Below the pieces are notes generated by a model. That model was not told the origin of the DNA, ran no database searches, and was given only the letters and a program-made list of their open reading frames with translations. From contig NIVC01000025.1 in NCBI GenBank assembly GCA_002269645.1, positions 62,001 to 126,000 of the forward strand: a stretch of 64,000 nucleotides of DNA, read 5' to 3'. Source of the DNA: Macrostomum lignano (lineage: Eukaryota). This document shows, one piece after another, positions 49,101-61,279 of the stretch (position 1 is its first letter; every line of letters begins with the position of its first letter). The position numbers were made by a program, and so were the translations under genes.

Positions 49101-52100
49101 GGCAGCTGATTGTCACCCCTCGGCCACCCCCAGGTGGGCCAAAGAAGGCGCCGCAGGCTGGTCCTACGCGGACTGTCTGCCCTACTTTCGCAAAGCTCAG
49201 CATCACGACGACCTGCCGGCTGACGATTACGTCGGCGGCGACGGGCCGCTGCACGTGTCGCGAGGTCGCACGGCGCATCCGCTGCACAGCGCCTGGCTAG
49301 CGGCCGGTCAGGAGGCCGGATATCCGCTTAGCGACAACTTGTACGGCTATCAGCAGGAGGGAGTTGGCTGGCTAGACATGACCGTGCACAATGGCAGGCG
49401 GTGGTCAACCGCTACAGCTTATCTTTGGCCGGCTGCCAAGAGGCCAAACTTGACTGTGGTTACCGACAAGCTGGTGACGAGGTAAAGGGTTGGATGAGTT
49501 GACTGCAAAAGTTTTGTTTGTTTGACTGCTCAAGTTGGGGATGTTTTTGGGAAGACTGCTCAAGTTGGGGATGTTTTTGGGAAGACTGCTCAAGTTGGGG
49601 ATGTTTTTGGGATAACTGCTCAAGTTGTGGATGTTTTTGGGATGACTGCTCAAGTTGTGGATGTTTTTGGGATGACTGCTCAAGTTGTGGATGTTTTTGG
49701 GATAACTGCTCAAGTTGGGGATGTTTTTGGGATGACTGCTCAAGTTGGGGATGTTTTTAGGATGAACGCTCAGGATAACTGCTTGAAGTTCAAGGATCAG
49801 AGTGATTTAGATCCTTGCTTGTGCTTGGGATCGGAGTGGTTGGGATTCAGATCACTGGCAGTCTGAGCAGTGCAAGCCCCACCCTCTCCCCTCCCCAGCC
49901 TGATGTTCGACGGTCTCCGTGCTACCGGCCTGCAGATGCAGGGCAGGCGTGGCGGCGGCGGCGACAGCCAGACGGTCCGCGCCAATCGCGAGGTCATTCT
50001 CAGCGGCGGCGCCATCAACTCGCCCCAGCTGCTCATGCTGTCCGGCATTGGGGACGCTGACCAGCTGCGCAATCTGGGCATCCCGCTGGTGCACCACCTG
50101 CCCGGAGTTGGTGCCAACCTCCAGGTGAGAGCCCATAGCACACACTACCCCGTAGCACCCACCACCCCATAGCACCCACCACCCCATAGCACCCACCACC
50201 CCATAGCAAACACTACCCCACAGCACCCACCACCCCATAGCACCCACCACCCCACAGCACTCACCAACCCGTACCACCCACCACCCTATAGCACCCACCA
50301 CCCCATAGCACCCACCACCCCATAGCACTTACTACCCCACAGCACCCACCAACCCGTACCACCCACCACCCCACAGCACCCACCACCCCATAGCATCCAC
50401 CACCCCACAGCACCCACCACCCTATAGCACCCACCACCCCATAGCACCTACCACCCCACAGCACCCACCAACCCGTACCACCCACCACCCCACAGCACCC
50501 ACCACCCCACAGCACCCACCACCACAAACGTATCTCACTGTCTACCTCACCGCTCCCACCGCCGTCAGGACCACCTGGAGCTCTACGTGCAGCAGCGGTG
50601 CACTCAGCCAATCACACTGTACAGCGCCCAGTGGAAATTCCCCTGGAACATGGTGGGCATCGGACTGCGCTGGCTGACCACCCAGACAGGCTGGGGCGCC
50701 ACGTCTCACCTAGAGACTGGCGGCTTCATCCGCACGGAGGCTGGCGTGCCTCATCCGGACGTGCAGTTTCACTTCCTGCCGTCTGTGGTCACGGATCACG
50801 GTCGGAAGTCGGGCAATTGTCACGCGTTTCAGGTAGGCATTGTTCATTAGGTGCTGGCATTATTGATTTTTTCTAATATTTCACATTGTTTTTCACTCCA
50901 CTTAATCCGCTTCACAAATATTATAATCCTACAATCTCCCAATGATCCAGTCCTAATCCGCTTCCCAAAGATCTTCCCATAATTTACTTTTAATAATCCA
51001 CTCACGATGATCCACCTCCGATAATCTACTCAATTATTACTTCTGATGATCTACTTCCAACAATCTACTTCCGATAATAAATTTCTGATAATCCACCTCC
51101 GATAATCCACTTCCCACAACCCACCTCCGATAATCCACTTCCCACAACTCACCTCCGATAATCCACTTCCCACAACCCACCTCCGATAATCCACTTCCCA
51201 CAACCCACCTCCGATAATCCACTTCCCACAACCCACCTCTGATAATCCACTTCCGATAGTCTACCTTCGGTAATCCATTTCCAAGAAATATTTTATCTTC
51301 GATAATTCATCTCTAATAATATCCTCCCGATAATCTACTCCCGATGATCCAATTCCAATAATGTACTTTCGATAATCCATTACAGATAATACACTTCTAC
51401 ATTCCACCTCCGATAATTCATCTCTGAACATCTATTTCAACTGGATAAGTTATTTCGACAATTAACTTCCGATAATCCACTCCCGATTATTTACCTCCAA
51501 TTAATATTATTAGATCAAACTATAGTCAGAGTTTATCCCAGACCGTTAATAATCATATCCAAACGAATCCTCCAGGTGCACGTGGGCCCCATGCGGCCGG
51601 AGAGCCGCGGCACGCTTCGGCTTGCCTCGGCGGACCCGCGCCAGGCGCCCCTGCTGGATCCAAACTACATGGCCACCGAGCGGGACAGGTGGGAGATGCG
51701 GCAGTGCATCCGGCTGGCTAGGGAGATTTTCGCCCAGCCCGCGTTCGACCAGTACAGAGGTGAGATAATAGTAAATCCCCATAGCAACTGTCATTCCTAT
51801 ACTAACAGCATCTATTGCCAAATAAAAAATCATCACAATAGCAACGATTTGGCTAGCTCCATAGCAACGGTTAGGCTCCCTCCATAGCAACGATTTGCCC
51901 CCCCCATAGCAACAATTTGCCCCCATAGCAACGATTTGCCCCCATAGCAGCGATTAGCCCCCATAGCAACGGTTAGGCCCCCATAGCAACGGTTAGGCCC
52001 CCATAGCAACGGTTAGGTCCCCCATTGCAACGGTTAGGCCCCATAGCAACAATTTGCCCCCATATCAACGGTTAATATGGCCCCCCATATCAAGGGGGCC

Positions 52101-52597
52101 TAATAGCAACGTTTAGTCCGCCATAGCAAGGGTTAGAACTAATACCAATCATTAGCCCTCTTAGCAACGATTAGCCTCCCTAGCAACGATTGATCCCCAT
52201 GGTAACAACCATTCGATCTCCAGGCTCCGAGCTGCAGCCGGGCTCCGAGGCCCGCACCGACGCCCAGCTGGACGCATTCGTCCGGGCCGCCTCCGACTCG
52301 GCCTACCACCCGTCCTGCACCTGCCGCATGGGCCCGGCCGCCGACCCCACGTCCGTGCTGGACGAGAACCTCCGGGTTCGCGGACTCGACGGCTTGCGCG
52401 TCGTCGACGCCTCGGCGATGCCCTCGATTGTGTCAGGAAATTTGAACGGGCCAACCATCATGCTGGCCGAGAAGGCCGCCGACATCATCAGGGGCCGCCA
52501 GCCGCTGCCACCAGCCACCGAGGTCCCCGTGTGGCAGCCGGCCCAGCCGGAAAGGCAGCGAGACGGGGAGCCGGTCAGGCGATTGGAGCAGGTTTAA
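43115..52597 (+). CDS. CHDH: Mitochondrial-type fusion protein, 1143 aa: presequence, two HAD-like phosphatase domains, choline dehydrogenase (GMC oxidoreductase). Exons 43115-43423, 43890-44195, 44941-45146, 45747-46152, 46720-47307, 47878-48098, 49134-49481, 49899-50124, 50569-50832, 51576-51759, 52224-52597
   Basis: HAD1: [25 protein letters not shown]; HAD2: [25 protein letters not shown]; CHDH: [105 protein letters not shown]; 3432 nt with all phases consistent. Confidence 0.9.
43435..43855. repeat. 23-bp minisatellite filling HAD-CHDH intron 1
   Basis: GAGTGCCAGTTACAGGTGAGGGA; each unit contains CAG|GTGAG. Confidence 0.95.
44196..44920. repeat. Two adjacent minisatellites filling HAD-CHDH intron 2
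   Basis: G-rich 25-mer GGTGATGGTGTCTCAGGGTGGGGCG starting at the donor site, then TCAGCATGACTCAAACAG-type units. Confidence 0.92.
45430..45680. repeat. 21-bp minisatellite (HAD-CHDH intron 3)
   Basis: TTTGCAGATTAGTCAAACCAA. Confidence 0.92.
46240..46680. repeat. About 22-bp degenerate minisatellite (HAD-CHDH intron 4)
   Basis: CCCTCAATCCAACTCGGGATT units. Confidence 0.9.
47350..47825. repeat. 36-bp minisatellite interrupted by a 190-bp insert (HAD-CHDH intron 5)
   Basis: AACTTCAGGATCCTGAATGAGTTTGAAACTCAGGTG units at 47360-47560, resuming at about 47750. Confidence 0.8.
48330..49065. repeat. Composite 20/21-bp minisatellites (HAD-CHDH intron 6)
   Basis: TCTTCGTGTCAAGGAGTCAA and GGGGTCATAGCCTGGTGTTAA units. 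Confidence 0.92.
49530..49780. repeat. 30-bp minisatellite (HAD-CHDH intron 7)
   Basis: CAAGTTGGGGATGTTTTTGGGATGACTGCT. Confidence 0.93.
50130..50525. repeat. 17-bp CA-rich minisatellite (HAD-CHDH intron 8)
   Basis: CACCCACCACCCCATAG. Confidence 0.92.
51000..51500. repeat. Degenerate minisatellite (HAD-CHDH intron 9)
   Basis: CCACCTCCGATAATCCACTTCCCACAAC-type units. Confidence 0.88.
51860..52205. repeat. About 20-bp minisatellite (HAD-CHDH intron 10)
   Basis: CCCCCATAGCAACG plus ATTTG or GTTAGG units. Confidence 0.9.
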
Positions 52598-53589
52598 GGA
52601 GGCTTGAAGTACTGCGGTTGCATTGCGGTAACTATGCGGTTGCTATGCGGTAACTATGCGGTTGCTACGGCCTCGTTTTCCAAGTTTTTTACTATCTAGT
52701 TTCCATGGTTGCAACTATTCAGTTGCTATGGACGCAATGTGGTTACTATGGACTCTTTGACCGTTTAACTTGCCATAGTTACAGCATCACGATTGGTTGC
52801 TAGGGCCTATTTTTACTGTCCCATATGTAACCCACTTAGTTTATCTGGTTACCATAGTTACGACTCTATCAGTGGTTGCTAAAAACAGTTTTCATAGAGA
52901 TTCGGGCTTGTTCTGAAAATTTCTGGCTAATTTTGCATCCCATCCGTTACCATAGCAACCAAAGTTCTATTGTGAATTGAAACGCCTTCTTTCTAGTTGT
53001 CATTAAATTATAGTAACTAGACTCAGTCTCTCTGCTCCATCATGTTGATTCTATCACTTGCCTACCTACCAACTTTGCCAATATGCTTTAACCAATCTCG
53101 TTTGTTGATTGCCTGTGTGAAATTCTGATTTCTTTTTTATAGATGGTAGCTTAGTGAGTTATATAGTTCTATAGATAATAATTTCAATTCTAGCTCATAA
53201 AATACTATCAGGCATTGTGTGCGCATTTTGTTTAACTGATCTGTTAGCAATTATATTTTTTTGCATTACTCTGTGTTAATCCAGAGTTGATTGTAGATGG
53301 TTTCATCTCATGCTTGATCGAAATCTGCCACACCAAAAAGTTTATAAATGAATTTATTTCCGTCTAGCAGTGGAGCTTGTGATTTTCTGCTCTTTGCTGC
53401 TTCAGGCCAAAAAAATTGGGAATCAATACAAAACTACTGCTTTTAATTTTATAAATTTAAACAAATGTTGCACATTAATAACGCAAATTTGCTGACGTGA
53501 ATGCCGAAATTTGTAATGAATTTGCCTATGGACTTGTCCATTATTTCTTGTAGGCTGCCGGAGTCCTCAGCGATATAAGAACATTAAAG

Positions 53590-53668
53590 TAGATGAGCAG
53601 ACAGACGGACGGACAGACAGACAGACACGCAGACAGACAAATAGACAGACAGACAGACAGACAGACAA

Positions 53669-53727
<59 letters not shown>

Positions 53728-53730
53728 GGC

Positions 53731-53767
<37 letters not shown>

Positions 53768-53790
53768 GCCAGGCAGACAGACAGGCAGGC
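53590..53790. repeat. (AGAC)n microsatellite
   Basis: Direct reading. Confidence 0.95.
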
Positions 53791-54920
53791 ACCCAACGTA
53801 CTGTCGGTCAATTGTCTGACCAAGTATTGCACTGAAAGCTAAGTATTGCTGAGCGTATGCATTATGGCCACAATCCGCTACTCGCGAGTAGGCACATGCA
53901 GATGCAGCTACCAGTACAATAAGAAGAAGCGCACAGGGCTGCAGGTACGGGTTTGCATAAACAGTGCTGTAGTTGATTAAAGAGGGTAAAAGAAAAGCAC
54001 CTGAAAAACTGGGTGAATCCGGTGGCTGTGTACACTGGCAACGGGTGAACAGCTGTTTGGCCGAATACCAGCTCATTTTTCGTCTCTGACTCTTATATCA
54101 ACCCCGTTAGCTAGCTGAAAGCCAAATACCTGCTAGTTTTATCTGTCTATCGTGACAGCGAGTGGCCCAAAGAGAATGAGCGAGAGTGCCTGCTCGCATT
54201 TCATTATGTTAGGAGACTTGGAGGAAAAAAACTGCTGTGTTGAATTTAGTCTCAAGAACGTACGGGTAAGGCTGGAGAGATGAAGACAAACAAGAGACGG
54301 CGACCTCACAAAGGCGATGCTGGGAGAGAGGGAGAGGCTGGAGAAGCGAGGAGGTGGCTGCGGACAGACCTGGAGAACTCAAAGGAACCGAATTTGGATT
54401 GGCAGCTTTTTACTGTAACGCTCGTTTGCAGACACAAGATTTATTGTACAATATAGTATACGAGAATAATATCACGATCTGGTAAATTACATGTCAGAGA
54501 ACATCCGCGAGGTTTAATTTGAGCTAGTTATATTTTCATAGTTGTGTCATATTGACGAATCCGGTTGAAAAAATAATGCATATAACAGAGACAGAATTAG
54601 CAGGTGAAATTTTGCTGGAACTTTTCTCGCTTGCTTATTATGGTGTCCGGTAGGATTTCATAAGTAAATTAACTTGATAAATCTGCTACTCATATGACCT
54701 TGTAGCGTCCGTAGAGGGAGGGGTGAGCGTTAGCGCTCCAGATTCTTGTCTTTAGGTCTCCTGGGGTGCAGAAATCTAATCGAAAACACACGCCGCCCCA
54801 CCTCCACCTGCACTGGTCTGGGTTAAGCGCTGGTTTCTAAACCATTATAGGCACAGGTAAGTCCGATAAACTCGAGAGTGGAATTCTCGCCTCTTTCATT
54901 ATCTACTTGCCCAACTTCTG

Positions 54921-57884
54921 ATGAGCATGAGACCGCCGAAGCCGCAGGGTCCGCTGCAGGTGGACAAGGCTACTCACCACTCGCTGGAGCTGAACTGGGA
55001 GGCGCAGCTGCAGCAGTCGGCCGCAGAGCAGAGCGGCGAGGACGGCCGACTTCGAGTAGAGGTCCAGTGGTGCCGATTTGAGAACACCTGGGAGGTGGCC
55101 TACAAAGGATTCGATGTGCGCTGCGTCTGCGCAGGCCTGGAGCCCAACCAGGAGTACCAGGTGGGCAGTTGAGCTCTGCGAAATTCGAAATCTTGATGGC
55201 TGTTTAATTTAACTCTGAGGGACATTGCTAATACAGATGACGCCAATTCCGTTAGAAACGTTACCGTGACAAGAATTGCTATAGAGAGTCATTGCAAACA
55301 ACTCACTCTAGCGACTATGGGGCGACTCTTGTGACTTTTTAGCGACTGGTGCGATGGAGAAGCGGTTTTTGAGTCTGGAGCGCATCACGTAAGCTGCAGA
55401 ATCGTAAAAGAGTCGTGAAAAAGTCGTCCAAGACTCGTTGTGTTAGCGCTTAACTTTCTACTGACTCAAGTAGACTAAAGAGAGTTGTTATAACTGCGAA
55501 ATGCGATTCTAGCTCGTATAATTCGTAAAGTGACGCAAATGCGCTTTAGACTCACACTCAGTGATTCTACAGAAACTCTGGCACGCCTCAGATGCGACTG
55601 ACTCTACGGCCTCAGAGTATCATTGAAGCGCCCCGTGGTTTCTTCAGAGTCGCAGACATAAAACGCCTCAAAATGACTTTGTCAATTCTTTTCCATTTTA
55701 CCTGTGTTATCTGTAACGACTCTGAGGAGATGCAATTGACTCTGGGACCGCTTCTTAGCCTACATGTAGGTACCGTTTTTAGCGGAATGGTACAATACAT
55801 TCTTGCAGAAGCCTTGAAAATCGTGTCTCGTTGCGTCTAAACTCAATGTGAGCGATGGTTTACTAGCGAGGAGGAGCACTGATACGTACACAGGCATGGC
55901 ACAGGCTCACAGGATGTCCCTTCCCTCTACGTGATTACAGTTGAGCTACTCCAGCCCGACAGCAAGAATTCGTTTGTTTTTTAGATTTGTGGATTGAGTG
56001 CCCGCAGCCCCTGGATGTAAGAGCAACTGCAGCACCCCCCCCCCCTCGTCAAAACCCAGGTGCGAATCCGGTTCGGCAACGGGCACGGCTGGGGCGACTT
56101 CAGCGAGCCGGTGACATCGAAGACCGCCGCCAAGCCGTTCAGCGGCGAGGATCTGCACCGGTGTATTCGTCGACGAAATTTGGACGCTCTGGTGAATGCG
56201 CTGGAGACCGGGGAGGCCAACCCCAATGCGCCGGATGACAAAGGTTTTACGCCTCTGGCTGAAGCGGCTCTGGAAGGCTTGCTGGACTATTGTCAGGCGC
56301 TGCTGGACCATCGGGCTGATGTCAACTGGTCTGGAGACAATGGTGCGTCGAAGGGTTGAGGCTGGATTAGTTTACATATTACCGTTGTGGTGTACATGCC
56401 AAATGAATTTTACTTCCTGATAGAGTGTACCCTCAGGGAGAAATAAATATTTTTTCATCACCAAGACAATGATTGCATTTGATCTGTGGTAGTAAAGATT
56501 ACCATTATTGTACAATAATTTAGCATGCACAGCACGTTACTCTGTTGATTTTATGTAGTTCTGTAGTAAAATGATTTTTTCTTATCAGAATTCTTATCTT
56601 AAATTGGCGTCCAAAAATTACACAATGTTTGAGTTTTTTCGCCGTGTTATTCGACAGTACAGTGGTGATTTTTTAAATTAATGTGTTAGTACATGGATTC
56701 TAGAGTGTGTGGCAGAAGGAGGACTTAAGTGGGACGGGAAACCTCGTTTCTTAGAAAATTTTTGAAGGCGGCTTTTCCCGAAAAAATACACTACGGAGAT
56801 AGGAAGTTTTTATTTTTTCAGCAAAAAATTGCTATTGCTTTTGATAGGAGGCAGATCCAGTGTTCATTTTTTGATATGTTGTGCCTTTCTTATTGCTCTA
56901 TCGATATTCATAGCTTTTCGTTCAGAAAATTAGGATTCTATGTTAATTTTTTTTCTACGTACATTTCCTTTACCTAAACAATAATAAAAATGCATGGCAC
57001 AGCTTCAATCTTTGGTTTTATGAATCTATTTTGTCATCTCTGTTACAAATATTTGTTACTCAGTCAGCTAAGGATGATAAAATAGACTCATAAAACCAAA
57101 GAGCCGAGCTGTGCCATTTTAATGGTTTTTAGGCACAAGACAAGTGCAGATGTACGTAGAATAAAAATAACGTATTTTTAAAGTAATAAAGTATTTTTCG
57201 GAAAATCCGGCCTTCAAAACTTTTCCAAGAAACGAGGTTTCCCGTCCTTCTACTTAAGTCGTCCTTGGTGTTGCATTGCTGACAAAATAAACATTGCTGA
57301 TCAAAGTCGTTTGTCTAATGTTTAATTTTCAAAGAACTTCCCGATCCTGCACCGCCGCAGGCAAGACCTGCCTGATGCTGGTGGCCTACAAAGGCAAGCC
57401 GGAGGTGCTTCAGTGGCTGCTGGAGTCGGCCAACGCCAGTTTGCATCCGCGCGATCGCAACGGGCTCAGCGCGCTGCACTACGCGGTGGACGGCGAACAG
57501 CTGGACAATGTCCGACTCCTGCTGGACGCCGGAGCCGACCTGCACGCCAAGGACAACGCGGGCTGCACGCCGCTGCTCCGCTGCGCCCAGCACCGCAATA
57601 ACGGCAACTCAGCATTGGCAGTCGAGCTGCTCAACCGTGGAGCTCTAGTCGACGAGACCGACTCCAGCGGGCAGACGGCGCTGTTTTACTGCGTGATGAA
57701 CCGGCACGAGAAGCTGGCCGCTGTGCTGCTGCATCACGGAGCCGACATCCGGGCCACCAACAGCCGCGGCCTGTCCGTGCTGAAGGCCACAGACGGCCAG
57801 CAACCGGACCGCAAGGCGATGCGGGAGCTGCTGCTTGAGCACGAGGAGAAACGCCGGTCAGAGCAGCAGCAGAAATCCGCTTAA
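54921..57884 (+). CDS. FANK1: Fibronectin type III and ankyrin repeat protein 1, 348 aa; exons 54921-55160, 56060-56342, 57361-57884
   Basis: N-terminal FN3 (PPKP..V.K.THHSLELNW, GLEPNQEYQVRIR), EDLHRC, then ankyrin repeats (GFTPL, GKTCLMLVAYKG, GLSALHYAVDG, GCTPLLRC, GQTALFYC); architecture and length match FANK1. Confidence 0.88.
56716..57266. mobile_element. Palindromic MITE with about 75-bp TIRs and a second internal inverted pair (FANK1 intron 2)
   Basis: AAGGAGGACTTAAGT..GGACGGGAAACCTCGTTTCTT.. vs ..AAGAAACGAGGTTTCCCGTCC..ACTTAAGTCGTCCTT; inner pair near 56991-57040 and 57072-57120. Confidence 0.8.
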
Positions 57885-58184
57885 GTTAGGTGTTCATGAA
57901 CCGCAGATTCTCAGAATAAACTTACATTTTTATTGTTTTAATACCGTACAAAATGAACATTCTACACGTTGAATTCTGAGCATTCTGTTGTTGCGACCCG
58001 CTTATGCTATAACATCAAATTTTTATTCAAAGTATTTGTATTATCAAGCTCAAATTTTGAAATTGATTTAGTCATTCGTTAAAAACCATAAAAATAATTA
58101 TATTTGAAAACTTTTCAAGTCAACCTGACTACCTATCGTCTCTTTGGCGTCTAAAGACATTGAAAATATGCATTTGAGTGTCCT

Positions 58185-60467
58185 TTCTGACGTCATGGAA
58201 CATCTGTGTCCTTTCTGACATCATGTAGCATCTGTGTCCTTTCTGACGTCATGGAACATCTGTGTCCTTTCTGACGTCATGGAACATCTGTGTCCTTTCT
58301 GACGTCATGTAGCATCTGTGTCCTTTCTGACGTCATGTAGCATCTGTGTCCTTTCTGACATCATGTAGCATCTGTGTCCTTTCTGACGTCATGTAGCATC
58401 TGTGTCCTTTCTGACGTAATGTTGTATCTGTGTTTTTTTAGACATCATGTAGCATCTGTGTCCTTTCTGACGTCATGTAGCATCTGTGTCCTTTCTGACG
58501 TCATGTAGCATCTGTGTCCTTTCTGACGTCATGTAGCATCTGTGTCCTTTCTGACGTCATGTAGCATCTGTGTCCTTTCTGACGTCATGTAGCATCTGTG
58601 TCCTTTCTGACGTCATGTAGCATCTGTGTCCTTTCTGACGTCATGTAGCATCTGTGTCCTTCCTGACGTCATGTAGCATCTGTGTCCTTTCTGACGTCAT
58701 GTAGCATCTGTGTCCTTTCTGACGTCATGTAGCATCTGTGTCCTTTCTGACGTCATGTAGCATCTGTGTCCTTTCTGACGTCATGTAGCATCTGTGTCCT
58801 TTCTGACGTCATGTAGCATCTGTGTCCTTTCTGACGTCATGTAGCATCTGTGTCCTTTCTGACGTCATGTAGCATCTGTGTCCTTTCTGACGTCATGTAG
58901 CATCTGTGTCCTTTCTGACGTCATGTAGCATCTGTGTCCTTTCTGACGTCATGTAGCATCTGTGTCCTTTCTGACGTCATGTAGCATCTGTGTCCTTTCT
59001 GACGTCATGTAGCATCTGTGTCCTTTCTGACGTCATGTAGCATCTGTGTCCTTTCTGACGTCATGTAGCATCTGTGTCCTTTCTGACGTCATGTAGCATC
59101 TGTGTCCTTTCTGACGTAATGTTGTATCTGTGTTTTTTTAGACATCATGTAGCATCTGTGTCCTTTCTGACGTCATGTAGCATCTGTGTCCTTTCTGACG
59201 TCATGTAGCATCTGTGTCCTTTCTGACGTCATGTAGCATCTGTGTCCTTTCTGACGTCATGTAGCATCTGTGTCCTTTCTGACGTCATGTAGCATCTGTG
59301 TCCTTTCTGACGTCATGTAGCATCTGTGTCCTTTCTGACGTCATGTAGCATCTGTGTCCTTCCTGACGTCATGTAGCATCTGTGTCCTTTCTGACGTCAT
59401 GTAGCATCTGTGTCCTTTCTGACGTCATGTAGCATCTGTGTCCTTTCTGACGTCATGTAGCATCTGTGTCCTTTCTGACGTCATGTAGCATCTGTGTCCT
59501 TTCTGACGTCATGTAGCATCTGTGTCCTTTCTGACGTCATGTAGCATCTGTGTCCTTTCTGACGTCATGTAGCATCTGTGTCCTTTCTGACGTCATGTAG
59601 CATCTGTGTCCTTTCTGACGTCATGTAGCATCTGTGTCCTTTCTGACGTCATGTAGCATCTGTGTCCTTTCTGACGTCATGTAGCATCTGTGTCCTTTCT
59701 GACGTCATGTAGCATCTGTGTCCTTTCTGACGTCATGTAGCATCTGTGTCCTTTCTGACGTCATGTAGCATCTGTGTCCTTTCTGACGTCATGTAGCATC
59801 TGTGTCCTTTCTGACGTCATGTAGCATCTGTGTCCTTTCTGACGTCATGTAGCATCTGTGTCCTTTCTGACGTCATGTAGCATCTGTGTCCTTTCTGACG
59901 TCATGTAGCATCTGTGTCCTTTCTGACGTCATGTAGCATCTGTGTCCTTTCTGACGTCATGTAGCATCTGTGTCCTTTCTGACGTCATGTAGCATCTGTG
60001 TCCTTTCTGACGTCATGTAGCATCTGTGTCCTTTCTGACGTCATGTAGCATCTGTGTCCTTCCTGACGTCATGTAGCATCTGTGTCCTTTCTGACGTCAT
60101 GTAGCATCTGTGTCCTTTCTGACGTCATGTAGCATCTGTGTCCTTTCTGACGTCATGTAGCATCTGTGTCCTTTCTGACGTCATGTAGCATCTGTGTCCT
60201 TTCTGACGTCATGTAGCATCTGTGTCCTTTCTGACGTCATGTAGCATCTGTGTCCTTTCTGACGTCATGTAGCATCTGTGTCCTTTCTGACGTCATGTAG
60301 CATCTGTGTCCTTTCTGACGTCATGTAGCATCTGTGTCCTTTCTGACGTCATGGAACATCTGTGTCCTTCCTGACGTCATGTAGCATCTGTGTCCTTTCT
60401 GACGTCATGTAGCATCTGTGTCCTTTCTGACGTCATGTAGCATCTGTGTCCTTTCTGACGTCATGTA
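58185..60467. repeat. Homogeneous 28-bp satellite, about 80 copies, with a 700-bp higher-order period
   Basis: GTCATGTAGCATCTGTGTCCTTTCTGAC; unit junction creates TGACGTCA. Confidence 0.97.
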
Positions 60468-61279
60468 GTCATGTCCATGTAGTTATGTCATGTCCCTTCG
60501 CTCGCTCACCCGGGTCCTTTGTTACGCACTCGTATGCATCTTTAAGTGCTGGCGCCCCTTCCGGTGCCCTATGCCGACAGACGCTTCCTCATCTGTGGCT
60601 AATTAATATCAGCAAAAAGCCACAACTGCGGAACCTTTTGATTAGACTGACAAAGCATCTTTTTGACTCACCCAATCCGACTATCCTTGTCATCGATGCA
60701 ACTACTCAAGTGTCTAATAGTTCCCAAATGATTTCCAAAGCCAACTGTGAGTTTTAAGCTGCAGGAGTCCTCGAGTCAAAGCATGGGATAACCGGATCGG
60801 TAAATCCGACAACCATGGATAGGCGTCGACAAGAGCAGCCAGTCAGCAGCGGACATCGCTGCATCAACAGCCCGCATCAATTTGCATCCAAGCTGGACTC
60901 GACTCGGAGAAATTCGATTCCGTATCGGCGGCAGGCGAATCAGCGGGGGGAGGCAGTGAGGGGGCAGCCAGCGCCGGTAAATACGGGTCGTTAGGGAGGC
61001 GAGCTTATTTAACAGGTAAAAATCTGCCTCCGTTTTCGATACTTTTCTCAGAAGCTCTGACGTTGGTATCGAGTATTTGAGCTCATTAAAAACACAAACT
61101 TGCTTTGCAAAATGTCAAATAATTCTGTTGAAAGTGTTACTGGTAAGTTTAATTGATAATAAGTGAATCTGGGTATAGAAACGGTGTAAAAATTCATTGA
61201 GTATACCCAAAAGTCTGTTCCAATCAGAGTTTACAGCAGATGTTTCAATATACTTTCCATATACTGATATACCTGAATA

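Noticed and set aside
54915-54950. Hammerhead ribozyme core (CTGATGAG...CGAAG)
   Set aside because: No GAAA and no stem II complementarity; overlaps the FANK1 start codons
9565-60467. CRISPR-like appearance of 22-36 bp repeats with internal palindromes
   Set aside because: Units are head-to-tail with no unique spacers, there are no cas genes, and the DNA is eukaryotic
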